From NCBI GenBank assembly GCA_034530875.2, contig JAVRCJ020000010.1:64001-128000 (forward strand): DNA of 64,000 bases, read 5' to 3'. The notes below the pieces were generated by a model, which was not told where the DNA came from, did no database searches, and saw only the letters and a list, made by a program, of their open reading frames with translations. Origin of the DNA: Nostoc sp. DedSLP01 (GTDB taxonomy: Bacteria; Cyanobacteriota; Cyanobacteriia; Cyanobacteriales; Nostocaceae). Both the position numbers and the translations under genes were made by a program. Positions 21,238 to 33,400 of this stretch are shown piece by piece (within the stretch, counting starts at the first letter, position 1; each line of letters starts with the position of its first letter).

Positions 21238-21687
21238 AGAGTACTCAAGGGAACGGGAAACAGAAGGCAGAAAAACAAGCTTATCTGAACTCAAACCCTT
21301 GTCATATCTAGTTTTCTGAATGTGTAAATTTTGAATTGGTATTAGGTGGGTAGGGTACGGCAACGTTCCCTACGCAAAGTCTCTAGATATAACAGTTTTG
21401 GCTTGGTATCATCTTTGGTGCGATCGCCTAAACCTCTAGCTTGCTCTGGAAAGCTGTTTGTGTCATACTTACTTAAAAGTACATATTCCGACCAACTTTT
21501 AGTATTATTCCTCGCGATCGCTAGGAAGTTGGAGTTCGAGGTTAGGAACTGACGAACCGAGGAAAGCAAGATTTAAAGTAGAAATAGTTGCGATCGCTTA
21601 ATTTTTGATAGAAGCACCTCAAGGAAAGCAGGACGAGTGTCTGGTCGTCTTTAAAGTATTTAAGTTTACCTTGAAAAGGAGTACATT

Positions 21688-22887
21688 ATGTCACAGTTGG
21701 AACAAGCACTGCCAGACACCTTTAGAGCCAAAGATTTAGCAACTATCCCTAATATTTTCCAACGGGTTGAGGCTTTGGCCAAAGACTTTGCTACCCGTGC
21801 AGCAGCACACGACAAAGACGGTTCGTTTCCTTTTGAGAATTTTACAGCTTTGTATGAGGCAGATCTGTTGAGCCTTAGCATACCGCGGGAATTTGGCGGT
21901 CAAGATTTGGGGTTAGAAACCATCTGCGGAGCGATTGAAGGTATAGCGCATGGCGATGCTTCCACCGCATTAGTACTGACAATGCACTATCTCCAACATG
22001 CCCATGCAGCTCGGAGTCGTCGCTGGCATCCAGAAGTCTACAAACGGGTGTGTCGTGAATCAGTCGAAGGCATTGCGCTGCTCAATGCTGCCCGTGTGGA
22101 ACCAGAGTTAGGCACGCCAGCCAGAGGCGGATTGCCTGCTACTATTGCTCAACGGACAACAGAGGGCTGGCGTTTAACAGGCCACAAACAGTACACCACA
22201 GGTAGTCCCATCCTGAGCTACTTTGTGGTTTGGGCGCGGACAACTGAAGATGAACCGCAAGTTGGGAATTTTCTAGTTCCGCGGGATCTTCCCGGCCTGC
22301 GAATTGTCGAAACTTGGGATCATTTGGGGATGAGAGCCACCGGCAGCCACGACCTAATTTTAGAGAATGTATTAATTCCTCTCGAATACGCCGTTGATAT
22401 CCGCCCCATCTCTGCAATGCCTGCTTTCGATCCATTGATTTCCAGTTGGGGCAGTTTAACAGTGAGTGCTTTATATCTGGGTGTTGCTACTGCTGCGCGA
22501 GACTGGCTGACTAAATATCTTTGGGAGCGATCGCCATCTAATTTAGGTGAGCCACTAGCAACTTTACCACGTTTTCAAACTGCCCTCGGAGAAATGGAAG
22601 CACTGCTATTTGCTAACCGCAAACTAATTTATAGCTTGGCTCAAGATATCGACAAGGGCGAGTACGAACCTAACGTAGGATTACAGGCACAAACTGTTAA
22701 ATATCTCACCACAACTAACTCGATTCGTGCTGTCGAGATTGCCTTGGAACTAACTGGCAATCCTGGTCTGTTAAAAAAGAATCCTTTAGAACGACACTAC
22801 CGCGACGTTTTGTGCAGCCGTATCCATACACCACAAAATGACGTTATTTTACAATCTTTAGGAAAATCGGCTCTGAAAGTTAAGTGA
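21688..22887 (+). CDS. Acyl-CoA dehydrogenase-family flavoprotein (possibly flavin-dependent monooxygenase type)
   Basis: DASTALVLTMH, GHKQYTTG, WDHLGMRATGSHD, LERHYRD; RBS AAGGAG upstream. Confidence 0.85.
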   Translation: MSQLEQALPDTFRAKDLATIPNIFQRVEALAKDFATRAAAHDKDGSFPFENFTALYEADLLSLSIPREFGGQDLGLETICGAIEGIAHGDASTALVLTMHYLQHAHAARSRRWHPEVYKRVCRESVEGIALLNAARVEPELGTPARGGLPATIAQRTTEGWRLTGHKQYTTGSPILSYFVVWARTTEDEPQVGNFLVPRDLPGLRIVETWDHLGMRATGSHDLILENVLIPLEYAVDIRPISAMPAFDPLISSWGSLTVSALYLGVATAARDWLTKYLWERSPSNLGEPLATLPRFQTALGEMEALLFANRKLIYSLAQDIDKGEYEPNVGLQAQTVKYLTTTNSIRAVEIALELTGNPGLLKKNPLERHYRDVLCSRIHTPQNDVILQSLGKSALKVK

Positions 22888-23165
22888 TATCAAGTCCGGT
22901 TAATCACTTATGATTAACGCATCTGTGCAAAAACCTCAAAAGTCTCTTTCCCCCAATCCCCAGGTCACCAGTCACCAGTCCCTTGCTATAATTACCAATT
23001 TAAAAACCCTAAAACTGGCGAACCAGTTCTAGGGTGTTAGGCGTTTATAGGTTTTTTAATTCCTACTTGGCTACCTCAACGAGCCGCACGCAATTTTTTC
23101 ATTTTTGACTCAATTGTTTGATATTGTTGTGAAAAATTAAAGTTAAATTGCGTGGATTGCCTGTT

Positions 23166-26100
23166 CTAAACAGCAGAGAAATCCCACACGCTGATGGTGG
23201 TGGATTGAACATTAACCAATGTAGCTAATAGCTCTTTAGTCTGACTGATACCGATTAAAGTATTGCTAGAACTTTGGGTAATGCTCAGTTGTCCAAAGGT
23301 CAGACCGTCGCGTAATCCGATAAAGTCCTGACCTTTAACAAAGTTGTAAATAATGTCACTACCAGCGCCAGGATAAAGAACGAATTGGTCGATTCCTGCA
23401 CCACCATAGACAGTATCATTACCAAATCCACCATCTAGAACTGAGTTCCCGCTACCCGCAACTAGTAGGTCAGCACCATTGCCACCTAAGAGAATGTCTC
23501 TGTAAGCGATATTCTGCAACTGGGGCTTGCCGCTAGCATCTACAGGAATCTTGGCTACAGAATCTGTAGAAACTTTTTGATCTAAAATGTTTTCGCCGTA
23601 TAGTTGGTCGTTACCATTACCACCAACTAAGTAATCATCGCCCTGACCGCCTACTAGGGTATCATCGCCATCATTGCCATTGAGATAGTCATTGCCAGCA
23701 CCGGCATCAAGATAGTCGTTGCCACTGCCGTAGAAATCATAACCATTATCAACGATATTAAAGCGATTATCGTTATAACCGTAGCCATCACTGAAATCAC
23801 CGTAGAGGAAATCATTGCCCTCTCCACCTAAGAGTAAGTCGTCGTCAAAACCGCCCTCTAAATAGTCATGACCGCTGCCGCCATTGAGTGTATCGTCATG
23901 ATAGCGATAACTTTCATCCAAGTTGCGACGATTTTCGCTTTGACCTGCAAAAAATGGAAAATCGCCAAAGAGGAAATCATTTCCTCCATCGCCTAACAAA
24001 GAATCTCTACCCAGACTACCTTCTAGATAATCATCACCAGCACCAGCAATTAGGGTATCGTTACCAATGTATAAAGTGGAAACGTTGCCCTCGTAGGTAT
24101 CGCCCTCAGAAGTAGTTAATTGGTCATCGCCAATCAGCAAATCGCTACCGTCACCGCCGAGAAGCGAATCGTTACCCAAACCACCATAAAGGTTGTCATT
24201 GCCAATGCCGCCATCTAGGGTATCGTTGTTGCCTGATAAGCTGTCACCATAGACATAATCGTAACCGTAGGCATGAGTATCATCATCGCCATAAAGGAAA
24301 TCATCGCCGTCATTACCTAAGAGTGAGTCAGTGCCGAGTCCACCTACTAACAGGTCATTACCCGAACCACCATCGAGGGAGTCTATACCATTGCGACCGT
24401 AGAGTTGGTCATCGCCATTGCCACCATAAAGGACATCATTACCGATATCGCCATCGAGTAAGTCGTTTCCTAGTTGTCCGTAGAGGCGGTCATCGCTGCC
24501 TTGACCGTAGAGGAAGTCATCACCTTCACCACCATCTAAAAAGTCGCTGCCTGTTTCACCGTAGATGAAATCATTTCCTTGCTGGCCATAAAGTTGGTCG
24601 TTGCCATCACCGCCAGAAATTGAGTCGTTACCTTGACCGCCATCTAAAAAATCCTCTCCAAATTGACCGTAGATTTGGTCGTCGCCCTCTTCGCCGTAGG
24701 CAACATCATTGCCATCATTACCATATAGTTCGTCGTTTTCTTGGCCGCCATTTAATTGGTCATCACCAGCTTCACCAAATAGGATATCTTTACCCGAACC
24801 GCCGAAGAGTCCATCATTACCATCGCCGCCTTCTAGATTGTCGTCTCCATTTTGACCGTAGAGGATGTCATTATTGGCATCACCATAAAGCCAGTCATTA
24901 CCCTCGCCACCTTCTAGATAATCATTGCCGGAACCACCATTCAAACTATCTGCACCTGCTTGACCAAAAAGGCGATCGCTATCTTCGTTACCAAATAAGA
25001 TGTCATTACCGTCGCCACCTTCTAACAAGTCATCGCCAGAGTCGCCATATAATTGGTCGTCTCCTTGGCGACCATAAAGTTGGTCGTCATCATTGCCACC
25101 AAAGAGAGTGTCGGTTCCTTGACCGCCATCTAGCAAATCGTCGCCCTTATCTCCGAATAGTTGGTCGTTGTCATTTTCACCATAGAGTTGGTCGTTGCCA
25201 TCATCTCCAGAAATGATGTCGATGCCATTACCACCATAAAGGCGATCGTTATTTTCGTTGCCATGTAGGATATCATCTCCGGCTTCACCGTAGATTAGAT
25301 CGTTACCGCCCAATCCACAAATTTCGTTATTGCCAGCATCGCCTTGGAGATAGTCGTCGTATTCAGAACCTTCTAGGTTTTCAACGCCTATCAACACATC
25401 TCCCTTAGCGTCTCCTGCCCAGCCTGTTCCTGTTGTCAGGCTGACTCCAACGCCAATTTCTGATGTGAAATAGGAAGCTGTATCAACGCCAATAAATCCT
25501 AATACGGTTGTGCCGAAGAAACCGCCATCGATGGTATCAGCACCTTTACCGCCAACTAAGAAGTCGTCACCATCATCGCCTCTGATAATGTCGTCCCCAT
25601 CTTCACCAAAGAGGATGTCATCACCACCGCCTCCAGATACCGTATCCTTACCTCCACCCGCATAGATGGAGTTTTTGTTGGTGTCACCTGTGAGTTGGTC
25701 GTTAAAGTTAGAACCGATGATATTTTCAATGCTATTGAGAGCATCAATACCACCAAATCCATCAGTGGCGATACCCAATCCGGGAGTGAAGAGAAATCCT
25801 AAAGTGACTGTGACTCCTTTGGGGTCGCGGCGGTAGCTAACTGTATCGATGCCGTCACTACCATCGAGGAAATCGAAGCCAGCATTACCAATTAACAGGT
25901 CATTACCGCTTAAACCTTCGATCGCGTTGGTTTCGGAGTTACCAATTAAAATGTCATCAAAGCTCGAGCCAACGATGTTTTCTAGGTTTTTGAGGGTATC
26001 GACATTTCCATATCCATCGTAGGCAGTGCCTGCATTAATTCCAAATTCTGGCTCTAAGTCGGTTGTTATGGTTCTTTCATCAACACAATCTATATGGATG

Positions 26101-28073
26101 GAACCACCAGCATTGCTGTAGCCGCTTTGTTCGTCGATATTAACTGTTACGCCATTAGGTGAGGTGACATAGAGGACTGTATCAAAATCTGCGCTATTAT
26201 CTCTCTCTTCACCGCCATCTATCGTGTCATTGCCAGCATCACCGGAGATGATATCGGTACCAGCGCCACCAAGTATGAAGTCGTTTCCTGGGTTGTCAAA
26301 CTTACTAATACCAGGGACTGTTGCCAGTAAATCTGCAAACTGAGCTAATTGCTGTGGGGTTAAAAGTTTGGATAAATCCTCTTGGTTCAGGGATATTAGG
26401 TAGTCGCCAATAATGAAGTCATCACCTGCACTACCATTGAGGAAGTCGCTGCCAGCACCTCCTAGAACAAAGTCACCACCATCGCCACCGTCAATGTTGT
26501 CATTACCAGCATCGCCGGAGATGATGTCATTGCCCGCACCACCAGATATGGTGTCATTTCCTTCTACACCTAAATCGAAGGCACTACTTACACCATTGTT
26601 AATAGTATTAAATCCTTGGGGCAAGAAATAATCGCCGAGAATAATATCGTTCTCTGTCCCAGCGTTGATGTTATCGCTGCCAGCACCACCGAGAATGGTA
26701 TCGCTGCCTTCGTTGCCGTTGAGGAAGTCGTTACCGCCATCACCAGAAATCAGGTCGTTACCCAAACCCCCGGAGATGTTATCGTTGCCGACTGCACCTA
26801 AATCAATGCCAAATTGTCCTTGGGATAAAATATAGTCGCCAGCAAGTACGTCGTCACCATCACCACCATTGATGATGTCGCTGTCTGCACCGCCGAGTAT
26901 GATGTCGTTTCCTTGGTCGCCATTGAGGGTGTCGTTAGCACCATCACCAGAAATGATGTCATTACCTACACCACCGGAGATGTTATCGTTTCCTACATCT
27001 CCTAAATTAAACTGGCTGGGGGTGGCTACATAGTCGCCAATGAGGATATCATCATCAGTTCCGCCGTTGATGATATCGCTACCCGCACCGCCGAGAATGA
27101 TGTCACTGCCTTCGTCACCGTTGAGAGTGTCGTTACCACCATCACCAGAAATCAGGTCGTTACCCAAGCCGCCAGAGACTCTATCATTCCCAGGTGCGCC
27201 TAAGTCAACACCAAATTGTCCGGGGGCTACTAAATAGTCGCCGGCAATGACGTCGTTACCAGTGCCGCCATTGATGGTATCATCGTTAGCTCCGCCCAAG
27301 ATTAAATCGTTACCTGCGTCGCCGTTGAGGGAATCATTGCCGCGATCGCCAAAGATGATATCATCACCATTGCCTCCAGAAACCAAGTCGTTGCCTTCGT
27401 TACCAGAACCGATAGGAATTATAAAATCCCCAAATTTGAGTTTGATATTGTCAATACTTCCCGAACCACCAAAACCCAAAAAAGTACCGCCACCACCATA
27501 ACTTCCTGGGATATCAAACTCACCCAAGTTCAAAGGAACATCTTGTGCAACCAGATTTGTCAGGTAGTCCCCAAAGAGGATATCGTTACCCTCACCACCA
27601 TTTATGGTGTCACTACCACCGCCACCGAGAACAACATCTGCTCCCCCATTCCCATTGAGCAAGTCGTTACCGTCTGCACCTGCATCGTTGGGGCCAAGGG
27701 CATCTCCTAAAATCAGATCGAAATCGTTACCGCCGTTAACTGTATCGCTACCACCAAAACCTGCAAAAAAGTTGCTTGGCCCATCAGGAAGAGGTAGAGA
27801 AAAGCTGATTGTATCTGTCCTGTTTTCTTCATCAAGCAGTGTTGGGATTGTATATGTTACTGAAAAGTTAATAGGTAAATCTATAGCTGGTTCATTTTGC
27901 AGAAAATTAGCTCCAGCATTCCCCACAATAATATCGGGAAGGCTACTCAAGCTAACGGGAATAGGTACATCGATATTAGTTCTTCTGGTTTTAGAACCAA
28001 CCAAAAATTCAATCGTAGCTGTAATTCTGGCAGCAATACGCGGTTGTGTTGTTAAAAAACTAAATAGAGACAT
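23166..28073 (-). CDS. Large RTX (hemolysin-type Ca2+-binding) repeat protein, probable type I secretion substrate
   Basis: Dozens of GGxGxDxLx nonapeptides, three DTxxY…LENxxGS units, cyanobacterial RTX C-terminus (GQDFIGLRDGLTFGQLSI); RBS GAGGA. Confidence 0.9.
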   Translation of the reverse strand: MSLFSFLTTQPRIAARITATIEFLVGSKTRRTNIDVPIPVSLSSLPDIIVGNAGANFLQNEPAIDLPINFSVTYTIPTLLDEENRTDTISFSLPLPDGPSNFFAGFGGSDTVNGGNDFDLILGDALGPNDAGADGNDLLNGNGGADVVLGGGGSDTINGGEGNDILFGDYLTNLVAQDVPLNLGEFDIPGSYGGGGTFLGFGGSGSIDNIKLKFGDFIIPIGSGNEGNDLVSGGNGDDIIFGDRGNDSLNGDAGNDLILGGANDDTINGGTGNDVIAGDYLVAPGQFGVDLGAPGNDRVSGGLGNDLISGDGGNDTLNGDEGSDIILGGAGSDIINGGTDDDILIGDYVATPSQFNLGDVGNDNISGGVGNDIISGDGANDTLNGDQGNDIILGGADSDIINGGDGDDVLAGDYILSQGQFGIDLGAVGNDNISGGLGNDLISGDGGNDFLNGNEGSDTILGGAGSDNINAGTENDIILGDYFLPQGFNTINNGVSSAFDLGVEGNDTISGGAGNDIISGDAGNDNIDGGDGGDFVLGGAGSDFLNGSAGDDFIIGDYLISLNQEDLSKLLTPQQLAQFADLLATVPGISKFDNPGNDFILGGAGTDIISGDAGNDTIDGGEERDNSADFDTVLYVTSPNGVTVNIDEQSGYSNAGGSIHIDCVDERTITTDLEPEFGINAGTAYDGYGNVDTLKNLENIVGSSFDDILIGNSETNAIEGLSGNDLLIGNAGFDFLDGSDGIDTVSYRRDPKGVTVTLGFLFTPGLGIATDGFGGIDALNSIENIIGSNFNDQLTGDTNKNSIYAGGGKDTVSGGGGDDILFGEDGDDIIRGDDGDDFLVGGKGADTIDGGFFGTTVLGFIGVDTASYFTSEIGVGVSLTTGTGWAGDAKGDVLIGVENLEGSEYDDYLQGDAGNNEICGLGGNDLIYGEAGDDILHGNENNDRLYGGNGIDIISGDDGNDQLYGENDNDQLFGDKGDDLLDGGQGTDTLFGGNDDDQLYGRQGDDQLYGDSGDDLLEGGDGNDILFGNEDSDRLFGQAGADSLNGGSGNDYLEGGEGNDWLYGDANNDILYGQNGDDNLEGGDGNDGLFGGSGKDILFGEAGDDQLNGGQENDELYGNDGNDVAYGEEGDDQIYGQFGEDFLDGGQGNDSISGGDGNDQLYGQQGNDFIYGETGSDFLDGGEGDDFLYGQGSDDRLYGQLGNDLLDGDIGNDVLYGGNGDDQLYGRNGIDSLDGGSGNDLLVGGLGTDSLLGNDGDDFLYGDDDTHAYGYDYVYGDSLSGNNDTLDGGIGNDNLYGGLGNDSLLGGDGSDLLIGDDQLTTSEGDTYEGNVSTLYIGNDTLIAGAGDDYLEGSLGRDSLLGDGGNDFLFGDFPFFAGQSENRRNLDESYRYHDDTLNGGSGHDYLEGGFDDDLLLGGEGNDFLYGDFSDGYGYNDNRFNIVDNGYDFYGSGNDYLDAGAGNDYLNGNDGDDTLVGGQGDDYLVGGNGNDQLYGENILDQKVSTDSVAKIPVDASGKPQLQNIAYRDILLGGNGADLLVAGSGNSVLDGGFGNDTVYGGAGIDQFVLYPGAGSDIIYNFVKGQDFIGLRDGLTFGQLSITQSSSNTLIGISQTKELLATLVNVQSTTISVWDFSAV

Positions 28074-29514
28074 GCTCGAATTTCCTCAATTTGTTATTCA
28101 GATATTTGCCTGACGGCACTCACGGCAAACTAATCTCGATGCGGATTAAAAACCGACGAAAAATCAGGATTTATGGTTTGATTTACTTTCTAAGACTCAA
28201 TGCGATGCCTGCACTGTTTGCTAGACAACGCTAAAATTTTTATCAATAAGCAAGGGATAAACGGATTATTTTCAGCTTATTGATAGACGAGTCTTATAAA
28301 AATGATGCAGCTGCCCTGTGATGACTCTTGTCAAATACAAACAGCCATAATTGACCATTCTCGGTCGGTAAATTTAATCGGATAAAACCTCCTTTTAAAG
28401 GATAAAACTCCTAACAACTGGAACTAAATTAGCCGAGTTAATTAACTATTTTTTATTAGTTAATCAGTCCAAAAGTGTTAGAGGTATGCTGAGATACTGG
28501 AGTTTATCCAATTATCAGACGCAGCAGTAAATATTTTATGATTAAAGACGCACCCATCTACAAATTAGACTGATTGCAGAAGTTGGTAAAAAGGTAAGGG
28601 TAAGAAAAAACCTTTTCCAATTTCTGCCTCTTACAAAAATAGTTTTGCAAAAGGTCTATTGTAGATATTATTGTTTAACCCTACTTGGGGTTAAAGACTC
28701 TGTTTTGAACGTTTGGACGAGATAATCAGGGTTTCACACTGTCAAAAATAACCAGAGAATCAAGGTTTAAGCATATACCGAACTCAGGTTCTTTAGGAAG
28801 AAATATTACAACCTCCTAATAACCGCTTACTCTACTAGCGCTAGCTTCCGGCGACCTGAACTTTCTTATGAGTCATGGGTGGAAATTACCCACTGATAGC
28901 GTAGCGGTAGCGAGTCCCCGAGCGTCTTGATTCTGAATTATGCATTCTTATTCAATCTTTAATTCTTCGTAATTACACGGAAAGAAACTACTGTTAATTT
29001 GCCCTTATACTAAACTCATTCTCAATAGAATCACGTATTTCATTAAAAATCAATAATTGTGAGGTTGTCTTTACAGAAAGTTCATATCTTCTTTTTAATT
29101 AGCAGGAATTAAATTAAAGTTTCTTTAAAGTATTAAGCAATAATCAAGTTTTTTATTTAGCTGTATAATAAATGGGTAAAAAATGAATTTACGGTTGAAT
29201 AAAAATAGAATATAGCAGCTTTTTGCCTATTAAAATGTAACAACTTAATTAAATCCTATATGCTACTTAAATAGATATATAGTATAGTCTCTCAGGTTAG
29301 AGAAGAAGGTTATTGATAGATATTTGAAGATGGTATGTCGCAAACCAGATTTTTATCGATAAATCTGGAGCCAGCTTAAGTGCGATCGCACTTACTATCG
29401 AATTGGAAACTGCTATATATTACTCCTACTTAATTTTTACAAAGCTAGGTGCGCTTGTTTTCTGTCTCTACTAGCAATTCAGGAATCAAATCGGATTCAT
29501 ATAGCATTAATGTC

Positions 29515-30258
29515 CTAAAGTAACGTCTGAGAAATAACTTGTAATATTTCTTGCTGATTGCTTTTGAGAAAGAAATGGTTACCAGAAAATGTATGGAGTT
29601 GAAATTTGCTAGAAGTTTGTTCGCGCCAACCGTCAAGGGAAGCAGTCAGAACCACCTCGTCTTGTAAACCACCAAAAACAGAAATAGGGCAATCAAGTGG
29701 AGCTTCTTCTATATATGAATAAGTCTCAGCTATTGCTAAATCTGCTCGCAAGATACTTAAAAACAATTTCATTAATCGAGCGTTTTGCAAGATAACACTT
29801 GGAGTACCGTTAAAACGACATACTTGTTGAAAAAACTCAGCTTCCGGTAGTTGATGAATTGGTGGGTGTAAGTCAGGAGAATTAGGAGCTTGACGGGCAG
29901 AAATAAAAAGATGAAAGGGTTGGCGATGTTTTAATCGACGCAACTGGCGTACTAACTCAAAGCAAATCAAAGCTCCTAAACTGTGGCCAAAAAGAGCAAA
30001 GGGGCGGTCAAATTCGGGTAAAAGGGCAGGTATCATCTCCTGAAGTAGAGGTACTAACTGGGTGAACAAAAGCTCTTTTATTCTGTTTTCTCGTCCAGGG
30101 AGTTGTACTGCACATACTTCTATTTGTGGAAGTAATTGGTCAGCCCAAGGTTTAAAAAAAGAAGCACTCGCACCAGCAAAAGGAAAGCAAAACAGCCGTA
30201 AATTGGCTTGAGGGTTGGGTTTAGGATATACGAGCCAAGGATTTATCATCGCAACCAA
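29515..30258 (-). CDS. Type II thioesterase
   Basis: RLFCFPFAG, VQLPGRENR, GHSLG nucleophile, LRADL, GNHFF. Confidence 0.92.
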   Translation of the reverse strand: MVAMINPWLVYPKPNPQANLRLFCFPFAGASASFFKPWADQLLPQIEVCAVQLPGRENRIKELLFTQLVPLLQEMIPALLPEFDRPFALFGHSLGALICFELVRQLRRLKHRQPFHLFISARQAPNSPDLHPPIHQLPEAEFFQQVCRFNGTPSVILQNARLMKLFLSILRADLAIAETYSYIEEAPLDCPISVFGGLQDEVVLTASLDGWREQTSSKFQLHTFSGNHFFLKSNQQEILQVISQTLL

Positions 30259-30327
30259 AAGTCAATTGTATCGATCGCAAATATTTCTATCTTGTGCTGT
30301 CTTTAAATAGCAAAATAAAGTAGTGAA

Positions 30328-30360
30328 AGTACTTCAGGTAAAAATTAATCCTGAAGTACT
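30328..30360. terminator. Hairpin downstream of the CylK-like gene
   Basis: AGTACTTCAGG…CCTGAAGTACT. Confidence 0.55.
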
Positions 30361-30410
30361 CGATAAACCGAAATGAAAAACCTTATTTCCCTAGATGAAA
30401 GCCTTAAACA

Positions 30411-33400
30411 CTAAACGATACGAAAATCGCTGGCATTAAGAGTAGGATGATTGACAAGGTTAGCAAATACACCGCCACTGCCAAGTCCAGAGCCAGAGCC
30501 GTTTTGATTGTAATATAAATCGCCACGAACTGAATCGTACACAATAAAGGCTTGACTGCTTCTAGCTGCGTTACCATTAGTCACTACAGCAAAATCTTTC
30601 AAGTTGTTAAAGCCGTCTCCTACTGAACTTTTCAAAGCGGTGAAAGTATCTTTACTCAGCACAATCTTGTCACCGAGTTCAAAGTCAGTAATTTTATCTA
30701 CACCAAATTCGCTACTGGCAAATTTTTTGTCTGTGTCGAAGATAAAACGATCTCTACCAGAACCACCAGTCAGGATATCGTTTCCGGCACCACCAACTAG
30801 TTGGTCGTTCCCTGCGCCCCCGATGAGTGTATCGTTACCGGCATCACCATAAAGGGAATCATTACCTCCTTGGCCATTTATAGTGTCATTTCCTGCTTTA
30901 CCGAAAATTTCGTCGTTACCATTAGCTGAATTTGCGATCGCACTTTTCGCACTTAATGATGTCAGATTTTGTGTCGTCGGGTCAGTACCAATCAGGCTGT
31001 CTTTTTGATTGCTACCAAGAATTTTATTGGTGATTGGTGAGGTGGACGGATTAAAAGATAGTAGAGAACCAGTGTTCGCATCAAGTTTGGCTATCCACGT
31101 ATCAACGGTACCAGCATTGACACCTCCAAGAGAACCCTCGGTAAATCCTGTAACGAAGAGATTACCTAAATTATCAACGGTGATACCTGTAGCATAATCT
31201 AATTCAACCGTGCCAAATTGTTTAATCCATTTTTGATTGCCTGCGGTATCATAGCTAGCTACCCAAGCATCAAAAGACCCGGCGTTAGTTCCGCCTAAAC
31301 TACCTTGGGTATATCCAGTCATAAAAATATTGTCTTTGGCATCAATTTTTACGCCACCAAAGAACAAACCATCAGCACCACTAGTACCAAATTGGCGAAT
31401 CCATTCTTGAGTACCATCTGGTTTAGATTTAGCTATCCAGACATCTTCTGCACCGGCATTTGTCCCTCCTAAGTCGCCTCTAGTCCATCCAACTGTGTAG
31501 AGATTACCCTGGCTGTCATGGTCGATATCCCAGGAAAAATCAAAATTTGCACTGCCAAATTGATCGACATTTTGGAGTTGTCCGTTAGTAGCGTTCAATT
31601 TGAGGATAATGGGATCGTAGAAATTAAAAGCTCCTTGACCAGAGTAATCACCATAAGTCCATCCTGTAACGTACACAGAACCATCTTTGCCGAGGGTAAT
31701 ACCGTATGCTTCATCAAATAAAGCCACAGAGTTAATAGGAGATGCAACTTCTGTGTACCATTTCTGATTACCATTGGTATCGTATTGTGCTACCCAGATA
31801 TCATCTTGAGCAGGAAATACTCTGTAAATGTTACTAGTTGGTCTGGGATCTTCCCTAACCGTCAGTCCAGATACGTAAATGTTGCCATTATTATCAACAG
31901 CAATATCGGTAGCAGCATTTAAATAATCAGCTCCTAACTGGCGAATCCATAACTGGTTACCATTGCTGTCATACTTAGCGAACCAAGAATCTTGAGTGCC
32001 GGAATTCAACGAACCCGCTAAATTACCTTGAGTACCTCCAACTACATAAAGATTACCGAATTTATCTGTAGTAATCTCAAAGACTAAATCGTACTTAGAA
32101 GTACCAAACTGTTTAACCCACAGCTGCTGCCCATCGTTGTTGTATTTGGTAATCCAATTATCAAAAGACCCAATATTAGCACCTTGTAAAGCACCATTTG
32201 TCAATCCCGCCGTATAAACATTACCCCAGTTATCTACAGTAATAGCTGCACTGAGATCGATACCAGCAGTTCCAAATTGTTTAATTAGTGGTTGGGCTGG
32301 TTGGAGAGATGGCGTAGTACCTACGTACTTGAAGTTAGAACTGGTGAGATTGAGATTGTAGTTAGCAAATACAATGCCTACTAAATCATCTTCAAAAACA
32401 GATGTACTTCCGGTTTTCTTTTGAAAGATTGCAGTTCCCAAAAATGGAACATTTACCAGTTCGTAATCTGCCGCAGAACCACGTAACTGAATAGTATCCT
32501 GATTAGGATTAAAATCGAAAATAAAGCCAAAGTCATTGTAACCAGATTGATTGTAGTATGACTGTATCCAATCCCCAAGCACAAATCTATCGCTACCTCC
32601 AGAAGGAGGATTGCCTCCCAAGATATTGAAAAAATCTTGGCTTAAATATAGTTTAATTACTTCGGAATCACCAAAGAAAATATCTATATGAGTTGGTACT
32701 TGTGCGGACTGATTCAAACTGTGGTCAATAGGATAAAAAGTATCATCACCTATCCGACCAAAAATTAGTTGAAAGTCAGAAAATCCACCAAATACTAAGT
32801 CGCTAGCAGGTGTTAGTGTTGTAAATAGGGCATCGTATTCGGTCGGAGGTAATTCACCATCTGTGTTGGAGAATAAAGTCTCGAATAAAATGTTATAGAA
32901 TGCACCTATAGCGTTATAAGCTTGTTCAATTGGGTCAATATTAGCCATAGAATTAACTGTCACAGTTAGAGGTTGTTCCAAGGAAAGTCCACCATTATCA
33001 GTAGTGCGAACGCGCAGATTGTAGGTAGATTTAGTTTGAAAGTTGGGAGAATTTTTAATTTTTAAAGTGTTGCCATCAATAATGAAAGCATCATTATCAG
33101 CATCATTAGTTCCTGATACTAATTTGTAAGTAAAAGTGTTTCCAGTATCAGGGTCGGTAGTAATAAATTTGCCAACGTTCGTGCCTGCTGGCACATTCTC
33201 ATTCACACTTGTGGCAGTTAATGTTAAACCTGTGGGAGCTTCGTTAACATCTTTGATTGCGATCGTTAGAGGTTGTTCAAAAGAAAGTCCACCATTATCA
33301 GTAGTGCGAACGCGCAGATTGTAGATAGATTTGGTTTCAAAGTTGGGAGAATTTTTGATTTTTAAAGTGTTGCCATCAATAATGAAAGCATCATTATCAG

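Noticed and set aside
21548..21572. CTGACGA…GAAA resembling a hammerhead ribozyme core
   Set aside because: The intervening ACCGAG cannot form stem II, and I found no convincing stems I and III.
23888..28113. Plus-strand ORFs rich in Ser/Pro or His/Arg
   Set aside because: They are antisense shadows of the RTX repeats.
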